Assembly (NCBI GenBank): GCA_965285935.1
Contig: OZ260661.1
Coordinates: forward strand, 137,392,001 to 137,456,000
DNA: 64,000 nucleotides
Source: Ophelia neglecta
Taxonomy: Eukaryota
Direction: 5' to 3'
Position 1 is the stretch's first letter. Each line of letters opens with the position of its first letter. Of this stretch, positions 49,677 through 60,900 are shown piece after piece. Both the position numbers and the translations under genes were made by a program. Below the pieces are notes generated by a model. The model did not search any database. It was not told the DNA's origin and saw only the letters and a list, made by a program, of their open reading frames with translations.

Positions 49677-51656
49677 ACTTTCTACAGCCCTTCCTCCCCC
49701 CCCATCCCCACCCCAAGTTGCCTTATGTTGCCTCCCTAAGTTTTACTTAACTATTGAGTGTGAAAGACAAATGAAGCGTACTTCTACACGACACACACCA
49801 CAAGTAGTAATACATTCAGCTTTACTATTCCCTGCAATCAGAGTTGTTAAAGCTTTTCACGACCAACAATGATTATTATCTTTCTATCTTTTCCAATTGC
49901 TGCTTAATTTCCAGAAATATGATAAAGACATTTTTTTAATTGTAGGACAAACATAATGCGTTGTAGGGGCTTACTGTAAAACCTGATACACATTAGCAGA
50001 TACGTAGCAATATGTATTAGGCTTTGTCAACAGATAAGTGATTGGATGCCTAGGTTGGGTTGTTAAATAATCCCTACCCGAATACTCTCATAACATTGCC
50101 CTATTTTCTTTCTTATATGTGCATCCGGTATTACTCCCATTGTAGTATACATACTTTTAAAAGAGTGTTTAGTAATAATTGTTGCTTAATAATGTGCCAG
50201 ATATGTAAGTACATGTAATAATTAAAGGTTTAATAAAATATTTTTGATATAATTTTGTTTGTGCAGTGTTTTATTGTGCACAATTGTTAAATGTTCATAA
50301 TAATGTTTTTTTCTATTGTGACAGGAGCATTACGCAATTAAGCTCTAGTCGTCATTTGTGTGACTTTTCTTTTTATTTGATATTCCTTCACGAGCCTATT
50401 TCATTTTATTTATATTTGCGTTATTAGCACATGCAGGTCATGTATTTGCCCATAGAATTATTATTATTTTTGTTGTAACTATTATCACGTGACAATAAAT
50501 TATTATCATTATCTTAGGATTTACGACGTAGCCATTCTATGAAGATATTCCGTAAGTCCTTTTCCCAAACAGTCTAAGGCTTAAAATTGAATTCATCATT
50601 TGCCACCCTTTGAACTTATTTACTATCTTGGAATTATGTCATGCAAATACCTAGCCTACGCCAGGTCGTCTAAAGGAATTGGAAAGCATTGATATAGTAC
50701 GGAAAAATTGTTATAAATCAGTAAATATTTATTTCGTATTACAATAATAATTTCAACAACAAATACGTTTTTATGATATTCATTGCGCCAATGCAAAAAA
50801 GAAACATGCAAAATTATAAAAGAAATAAAAAGGGGGTTTCAAAGTACACCGATCATTTAAAAACTTAAACTACAGATCATCAGGGATCATACGAATTAAT
50901 TCCACTGTGGTCCACTTGCGTTTGTGCAGGTTTTATGCCCTTGTTCAGTAATTCCTGTAGGCACTTCTCTACGTATTTTGGATACACCTTTCTACTAATT
51001 TCCTCTTTACTTATCAGATTTAGCTTTATTTTCACTGGATTGCTGTACCTAAAATATTTAGTATGTTGTTTGAAGGGTTTATATTGATTTACAAATAAAC
51101 ATATGTTTTGTATTATATTCTTACCGCCTTAAATTAAATATATTAACTGATATATAAATTGTTAAGAGTCTTAGGCAATATATTAAAGCGACAACTATCG
51201 TAATGTCGACCGAGAGGTGATATAAAACTGGCTATTAATAGCATTTAAGATTAATGCAATATATTTAAAGAAATACACACATACATACTATCGCAAGATA
51301 ACAGAAATTATTGTTTTTCTACCAATTATACATGGAAATACACGTCAATTTGTTTTACATAATTATAACAATACAATTGCACTATAGAAATATCACATGC
51401 ATGTATTTGTTAAAACGGTACTTGAATAGACTTCAAAGAAAATAAGTTGCTGTTTTCTGGATATTCATAGTGATCCATAGTTAATCTCAACGAAGTCCTT
51501 TAGCCTCGCGACCTAAATGAATCTGATTCTAAATAACATTACCACCTTTTCAATTTGAATGGTGCAAATTACAATGAGTGGCCTCGAAGATGATCGACAA
51601 AGACTATAATGCCTAATTTTAAAATGTTTTTATCTGTTGTTTAGTCCACTGTTCCA

Positions 51657-53159
51657 TTAGCAACCAGCCCATACAGTCTCTAGTGTTGTCATACCATCAT
51701 GTGCGACGCCCTTTATATACAACAGCTGGGAGTCGAACATTGAGAATGGCTGCTCATTAGCTTCTGGGGGTCCTCCGACAGGCCCGTAGGTCTGAAAGTT
51801 GGTATCGATCTGAAGAATGGCGAAGCACGGGAGTTAGACTAAGCAAAATGGTTAACCAAACACAGTCATTTATATAGATGCGAACCGTCAGATATTGTAC
51901 AGGTTTATAGGCATCAATCCCCGGTTCCTTCAATATCCTGAATAATAATAATAGGCCAAGCACACTTTCATTGATAACTGATGTCAACTACTTATCTCAA
52001 GGGATATATAGTGTTATTACTGTTATTATTAATTAAATTATTTTTCAGTCGTAGAACCAAACCTTGCTACGAGTGGGCCTGCAGCAGATAGTTCCTTGGT
52101 CTGGTTTCTGGAAGGGGCCTTAACTTTTAAAGCAGATTAAAATCAGGATTGAGATGCTTTTTTCGTTCTTCACTAGCTAATCAGGGTTTCTCGAAGCATT
52201 TAACATACACAGTTTGCTCTATAACTTAATCAATGGAAACACTCATTAATACGGTATCAACTAATCTGTCACAGACTATTCTAAACCGTAAACTTAAGAC
52301 CTCTTCCAGAAACCGGGCCCAGATGATTTAGGACTGATTTAGGACAAAGCATGCATGTACTATAATTCGTCTTAAAAACATAATTTACTGAAATTCGGGT
52401 CTCTGTATTTGGGGCTGAACAATATGATTCGACGCATGTTCTCTGGCTCTTCACTGGGTGCGGGGAGTCACGTGGGTTAGTGTAGGGTTATTCTTAGTTC
52501 TGTCACCGCGATGCGCCGCACACCGCGGCGAGGAATATGGGTAGCCTTGAAATTGACTGTACTGAGAATCCTACCGTGAGTTGTGTTATTTTGTCGTCGC
52601 CACCCAGGGCTCCGTCCTCGCCCCATAGTCCATCAACTCTAGTAATGAATTCGCCTGGTGCAAGAATTAAAGTCTCATCAGTTCTCTTATTGTCATTTTC
52701 TTTGTAATCACCTGCCCAGTCACTCCATGTGTCACCGTACCGCACACGGAATCTGTGCGTTAACAAGAACATATATCATGACATTTCTTGCTGGTATCAT
52801 TATGGAATATTTGGTCCAAAAAGTAATCTGCTTTTAATTTGGGAACATGTTCAAAGCTTGCCTCTTATTCATATAATGAGGGTCTTGCTTGGCCATGTGT
52901 TTTTAAGTAACAGACACACCATTTCGTCTTTTGGTGGTCTGCGGAATTCATATCTTAAAATACAACTCGCTGTTCATGAATGTCGCATGGCATTGCAGAT
53001 ATACATACGCTGCAATTGATTTGAATCCATTTTCTTCATGAATCTGGAATTCCCAGGCAGTAATATCGCCATTTGCATTGTATAGTGCCTCGTGGTCATA
53101 CGGAGCATCTCTGGTAGTGGCCACATTACCTTCAGGTCCCTTTGGGCAGTTAGCCTCAA
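51657..53159 (-). CDS. Gene C jacalin-like domain, three exons
   Basis: 'ANCPKGPEGNV..GDITAWEFQI', 'FRVRYGDTWSDWAG..LILAPGEFITRVDGLWG..ITQLT' (178 nt, same size as in gene A), 'IDTNFQTYGPVGG..LLYIKGVAHDGMTTLETVWAGC*'. Intron phases 1, 2, 0 are the same as in gene A. Confidence 0.87.
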
Positions 53160-56100
53160 CTGGAAGAATATTGAAGCCACTTTACGCGGTTAATACCCTG
53201 CTCAATCTTTATGTGAGTCAATGGGCATCCACGAGAACACATGTCTTTATTATCTTGTAACCGATCTTTTCTAATAGTGCTATTATCGTTATTTTCTAGT
53301 CATAGTCATAGTCATAGAACCCTCGGCTACGCCTCGGGCGCTATGACCATGGCGGGCTGCTAATAATTTATGTCGGGCCACTGATATAGCGTAACGCCCT
53401 GCAAAATCATGTTTTTGGTATATTAGTTCTTAATGATTTCGGACAGATGTAATGGACAATTCTTGAATAATTATTCGGTATTGTCGACCGGGTATCTATT
53501 CCTTGTTTTTAACAGTTAACTTTGAAGTTAATGTTATTTGTATACATAAGTTTTAGACTAACAAAGCAACACATTGTTTTGTTTTTCGAAACACTAAGTA
53601 ATATCTAGTATTTACGTAGGATATACAATCGTCATACAAGATAATGACTTGGTGAAGGGTTTGGTTTGGTTCGGAATATAATAATGGGATAGTTTAAGGA
53701 ACAAGACTGACTGGTAATTATGCATTATGCTACAGAAGTCTTTATAATAGCAGCTTCTTGAGTAAGCTCCTGATTAATGAGTACTTACTTGGAAATTGGC
53801 AGTCCTGCCCGTTGTATCCAGCGTCACAATTACAGACATAGTCACATCCCGCTGCCTGGCAGGTTCCATGCGTGCTACAAAGTACACTGACACACGGCTG
53901 GCAAACTGTCAATATAGTTACAATATTACCCTGAATGATTTGTTTCACCTAAGGTTTTGGCACATGTAAGGAGTTAATCGTTCCCCATGCACTGCCTAAT
54001 ATATTTCTTCTAAAGATTTACTTCATGCCAGATAAAATTTAAAAATACGAATATAAAATTAAGGCCTGCTCTTCATTTTTACGAGCTTTGTGTAGTCCAA
54101 TCAACGCGAAAAGGAATGAATAATAATTTTATCCACCTTTGGCTTATGTAGGCGCTTTTCACTAATGGTATTGATATACTTCGGTCCATTAATATATACA
54201 TATATACATATATATACATATATATCGATATTCGACCATAATCATTATGCGTTACTATTGTGCAACTATGTGTATAATAAATTAATGATGATATAATTCC
54301 TATGTGTGCATTTTTTGATATTGGCAAAATTATCTGCATGTATTCGAAAAAACCTTTGGACGTGTGTTGAACAGTTATCATCGTCTTGGTACAAAATACT
54401 ATTTGAAATAACAATGAATGTGACGTTTGATGGAATCATGTGTCTGCATGACCACATATACTTAAAACATATCTTACCTGTAAACTGGCAGTCACTCCCG
54501 TAAAAGCCGGCATTACATTTGCAAGTATACTGGCAGTCAACGGGCTCACAAGTGCCCTCGTTATTGCACAGCACACCGTTACACGGTTCGCAGGCTGAAG
54601 CAGAATGACAAATTATGTAATAGCAATCACTAAGCTTTGTCAGTAAGTCTTATGTATGTACCTGGCGTTAAGTGCACGTGATTTTTCTGAGGGCCTCGCT
54701 ATAGAAATGGCTTATGATTTAAATGATTTATTTCGAATATAACAAAAATTCAGTCAATTTAAAATTAACATTGCAACATTAATAATAAATTAGTGTATAT
54801 CAAGTCTATCACTGTGTGATTGTTGGTTGGGTGGTGATGGAGGAGGAAATGGGTGCGCGTGGGCACAATCATTTGTTTAGTTATCACGGTATGTCACACT
54901 GCTAATTCCTGGGTTTTCTCATATAGGTAGCGTATTATACCCAGTCGTACGATTTAATCAACAGTCTCTAATAATTCAGCTTCTTTATGTATATTATGCT
55001 TCTATGGTATCTAAAACACAAACATTCTCTTATTGTGCTAACCATTGCTGCAGATGAAAGATCAGAAAATTGTTGCGTCAGGTTTTAAAATTGTACCTAG
55101 TTGGCAGTCATCTCCTATGTAGCCTATGAAACATGTGCAAACGTAGTTTGTCGGGCCATCGGGAGAGCAGGTACCGTGATTTGAGCAGGTCACGCCTTCA
55201 CAGGGATCTAAACGAGATAGACGATGCAACAATTAATAAACTTTCCTTAAAATGAGACATAGAGTATTCTTGGAACATTTTATGCTATATTTTTATTCTT
55301 CTGCTAATATAAATTTGATACTGGTATGTTGAACAAAAATATAGTTTGAAAGTATAAGTCCCTTATAAAAGACCCACCCACACTTTTTTTTTTAACTAGA
55401 ATAAGACAATTTTTACATCTTTTTGACTGTTGTTGACGCATAAAACCAGCCGTTTGAAATATCCCTAACTAGTTTTGTGTTTCTTTTATAATCATTGTTA
55501 CAAAACCTACTTGGAGGATCAGGAGTTTGGCAGTCTGTGCCTTGAAATCCTTCATTGCATATACACTTGTAGGTTGTCCCGGCAAGCTGACAGGTCCCTT
55601 GACCAGAGCAGGTCACCTCGAAACATTCATCTGGAAATACAAAACAATCTAAATTCAAACCTCAAGAACATGCGGATTAATATCTGTGCTTAAGCTTCTA
55701 AAAAGGAATGCGCACGTCTAGATACACTCAATATTATTTTCATTTAAGCGTGTACATTCACTTAATATGATTTTAATAAAATTTTATTTTATTAATTACA
55801 TTACAAGCCTTTTCACACATTCTGACCCAAAATTGCAAAAAAAGTTTTTTTAACCTTTTTCACAATCATCTCCGGAGAAGGGGACATCGCAGACACACTG
55901 GTATGTCAAACCCATAGCATTACAGACGCCTCTGCTAGAACATAACACACCAAGGCAAGGATCTGGAATATAATTGCACGTCTTAATGTAACTTAAAGTG
56001 TTATTGCGTAACACCCCCCGCCCCACTCACCTCCCATCTCCCATCATCATAACCGCTTTACTATTGACTTCATTAATAGTACATATGTGTGCGAGTATGC

Positions 56101-57889
56101 GCGCAGAAAAAGTTTTCTTTTTCTTTATTGTTCTTCCGATGATCAGGCGCCAAAAACATATTTTACATAACAAATATACAGATATGTATGCATACGGTGA
56201 TCATTCTTAAAGCAAATATATTATACACTACACAACATTGCTATTATCAAAGGAACTCACCGAAATTTTCACAATATCTTCCACTGTAACCTAGATCGCA
56301 AGCACAGAAGTAGGTTTCCCCAGCTGGCACACATGTGCTCTGGCCTTCAACACACTGGTTACCGACACATGTATCTTTTGCTACAAAGAAAGAAATACAC
56401 AAGTTTTTAAACCAGTATACTTACGCATTTTATGTGGATAATCGTGAACATTTTCTGTAATCATTTTTCCGACATAGCTCTTTTTTATAGGATAATCCCT
56501 GTCGAAAATTCTTGAATGACGACATATCATGTCGATTATATATCTTAAAAAGAAATCGTAGAATGTTCCTTCTTGTTAGCATTTGTTGGTTTTAATTCGT
56601 TACAACTAATTCACAAGTGATATTGAACCTTTAAAGGTTTGTAAGCTTATATTATTTAAGCACCTTAAAACTGTGTTGTTATTACCATTTTGGCAGAATT
56701 CGCCTTCATATCCTGGGATACAGGTACATGTGTATGAGGTTCCCACAGGTACACAGGTCCCCTTGTTTATCACACATTGATTCCCGTCACAGGGGTCGGG
56801 GACTGTAGGGCGAATGAGCAAAAGAGCATGCATACTAACAGTTAGAACGATTTTAATATAATCAGATCGGCACAAGTAAGTGAATTTCAACTTTTATCAT
56901 TTTTATTCTGAATTCTAACCAAAACATCATTCATTGTACAAGTTATAGGGTAGGAACATATAGGCTAGAGACATCTTGTATGTGAGTGGGTGGGGGGGGG
57001 GGCAGTCTTTGAAATAATATTATGTACAAGGACGATTTGGTCATTGTGTTAAAATATAAAACAAGAGAAAGCAATATGCTTTTACCCGAGAGCAAAACAC
57101 TATTTTTGTGTTGCCTAAGCGACAATACTATTTTCTTTGGGGGGGGGGGGGGAGTAAAAAATACATAGCCTTCGTTCACCCGTCACTCCCCCCCCCCCCC
57201 CCCCCCGCCTCTTCCCAAATCCCATCACACAACCAAAACAAATGTCTGATTCATTTTAAAGCGTTACACACAGAAACAAAGATTAAACTGACCGACACCA
57301 ATTTATGCCTTTTTATTGGTGGTAAAACATTTTAATTTACTTTCCATTATAAAGCATACATCAATCGACATAACAGCAGGGCAATCTGACATATAAATTA
57401 GCGGTACCTGTTTCACAGTTTGTCCCGGCAAACCCAGGCAAACATTGACAAACGTAACCGGTTGGAGATGCCACACATATCCCTTGGTTCGCTATACACG
57501 TGTTCTCGAAACACGGATCGGAACCTACAAAAAAACAATCAGTTGATCAGTTAATCAATCGAATTTTATTAAAGTTCACTTGACTATATCGCACGCAGAG
57601 TATCCCGACCCCCAGTCAGCCCTTGTGATTGTGGGATGGATGTATAGGCAGAGAGCGTCTGCTGACACAATCTCTCTGATCTCATTAAGATTCTGTATTC
57701 CCACTACAGTAGTATTGAAAAAGTATAGCATATTGTAATAATATAACTTATCTATGTGGTGTCCTGTATTAGGCATATTATACTGATATGACTTGTCACC
57801 TACTCTTGTTAATATTAATTGTTGTATATAGGGACATGCGAGTATGCAGGCGAGAGGGGGATATGTACATTGGAGCGGGTGTGATGTGC

Positions 57890-57920
<31 letters not shown>

Positions 57921-60900
57921 TGAGTGTTAAATATATGTATGTATATGTGTGTATATGTGAGTATATATGTCTATGCATGCCTTGCTCTCCAGAAAGTGGA
58001 GGATAATAAAACAATAATAATGATAAAGTCATTTCTGAATTGAAAAATGTACTATAGTGTCACTTAGATAATCGTAAAGAATTTTGATATATAATTTACT
58101 TAAAACAATCTATACAATTTAGCACCATATTTGGGGTCAATGGGTTGAAATTATACACGGGCACGGATAGCTGAACAAGATTCAATCAGAATCGTCACTA
58201 ACGCAACCAGCCATTTAATGAGTGCCTTTTTGCCAAGTATATTCAAGTATATATAGTCATAGTCAGAGTCATATAAGATATTCAGAATGTGATTTCGTAT
58301 TTTAAATACAAAATCTCCCAGATGTGAATCAAGCAATCCAGAGAAGCGCAACACGTGGAGCTCATCCCTTACACTTTTTATACAACGGTGACAAAGTCTA
58401 CATTCAGGAGGATTGCGTGGGCGAATATAACGGCCAGTCTCAATTTCCAGCTGTCGGCCCCCGAGTCTAAATTGAGCCACAGCGAGCCGATTACTAAACT
58501 TAATATGTAAATGTTTTCAAGATTGAAAGATTTTTTTGTAAAGGTAATAGCTGCGTAACAGAGTTAGAATATTTCGGGAATATTTCGAAATACTCGAGAA
58601 GCTTTAAAGCAAATCCATATTACGGAGATGTTCGGTACGATAATTATCAGCTGGGACATAGGTATTTTTGGAATTTTGCTCTTTAATTTCGCGCAGAAGG
58701 CAATCTTATTTTGGTGCATAAAGTAGGCCTATTACGCGCACACAATCATAAGTAATTTTGTTCATAGTTAAATTCGTTGTAAGGGGTAGCCTTAATTGGC
58801 TCAAGTTGTGTCAGAAAAATGCCAAGTACTCCACGAAATTAAACTATGTGCGAAATTTCGTCTTTTTTGCAAAGAAAATCAATCACTACATATATATTTA
58901 AAGCTGAACGATCGTGACGCAAACATACGCTAAATGGATTCTGAGAAATTGACTTGAAAAGAACTTTTGATTCACCATATAAAAAGTCTTAATTGTCTTA
59001 AGATGGATACCTTATATATAGCCCGGCAGATAAGTGAATATTTTTGGGAGAATCTTTCAAATGATGATACAAGCACCATATTTGGTCCAGATACACATCT
59101 GGGACTACTTTTTCAAAAAAGCCCGTTAGCCACCTGAAAAATCAAAATGGCGGCCATTTTGGATTTTCATTTTTGTTAACAATTTGTCAATTCCACTTCA
59201 ACATGGCTCAAAGTATATATTTTGAAATAAAAAACATACAAATAGGACAATTATACCACATAATATTCAGATAATAGTAATTTTGTTATGAAATTGGCAG
59301 CCATCTTGGAAAATAGCAGCCATTTTGAATTTTTGAGTGGCTAACGGCTTTTTTCATAAAAACAACCTCGAGAGAGTGCACATACCAAATTTGGTGCTCG
59401 TATCACTATTTGAAAGATTATATAGCTTATCTGCCGGGCTAATAGTAGTCAATGTATTGGAAAGAAAATTAGAGGACTTCGATGACTACCCATGTTCTTA
59501 GCGGTGTGTCGGATACCTGAATAGTTTATACCCATCCCAATTCTTAATCGATATTGCCTGATTTGTTCAACCTTAATCAGGTTCGAAGGGATTTTACATT
59601 GCAGTATTTGCCACTGGATCGGCCAAAGGGCCGTTATTGGTGACGTTGTGCCTCAAACACGTTAGAGTATAATCCCATACCAAAAACATGAGTGGATACA
59701 CGGTAGACACAGAAAAACCATTTATCAAGAATGCTCCGATGAATCGGTTCGAAATCAATTTAAGTTTTCAATTATGTTAGTTATATAGGTTTATGCACTG
59801 TTTGGAAGCAGCGGGTGAATTTAATTATGTATGTGGGCCGGAGATTTGTGGTTCCATGGTGAATTCGGGCAAATTTAAAGAACTATTTTGATTGGTGATT
59901 TGACTTGCTTTCAGGGGATCCTCTCCCGTTTTTTTTAACATATTGCCTACTTACTCATCTCACAGTTCTGCCCGTAGTAGTTTGCCGGACATTCACAACG
60001 GTATCCCCAGGTCTTCTCGAAGCAAGTTCCTTTTAAACAGGGGCTGCTTTCGCATGCATTGTTCAAAGCTGAAAATATCAATCAAAATTGTGAATGTAGG
60101 AACTATCAATTATTACATGACACAGTATTGTTGACTATGGTAATTTTCTACATCATTGAATATTGATAGTTTTAGCCAAATACGAAATTGGCACCATGTG
60201 AAATTGTTGTTATAAATAGTGAATGCTTATGTCTAATGATTTTAGGTCAAATAAATAATGTGACTTACGGGTCTCACAGTATGTCCCTTCGAAGCCTATG
60301 TGACAGGTACAGGTAAACCCGTTTGGGGTGTCAGTACAGTCTCCCTGCTGACACAGATTGTCCGCACACGTCAGAATGATTGCTTAAAGCAAATGATATC
60401 ATATTAAATTGGAACCTGTGAATTAAGACCATCCGAAGGTGTGGAAAATATTATTCTGGTCATTAGTTAAGACAGGTCATTCCATTACGTTGAAAGTGTA
60501 CAATATGGTCTTCTTGTTAGTGATCTGAATTCAACTGGTGGTCTAAATCTAGCTATTTTCTTTAAGGGGAAAAATTTAAAAACTGTGAGTAATATTATAT
60601 TCAATCCCTCGTTCGTTTCAAACCTACACACGGAGGCTAGACTTATAAATAACAAATAATAAATAGTGTGAAACAAAATGGCATCAGTGCTTTGTTGCAG
60701 AGTTAAATTCAGTGAAATGAATGTTTAACATATCACAACATATCTGGATAAACTCGCGAAAGTTGTGTGTCTGAACAGTCATGACCAATGTATCACACAT
60801 TGGCTTTCAAAAGCCACAACACACAATAATAATAGCTTACGTAATTCACAGTACGTTCCAGTGAAACCGTCAAAGCAAGAACAGGAGAAGCCTGTACCGG

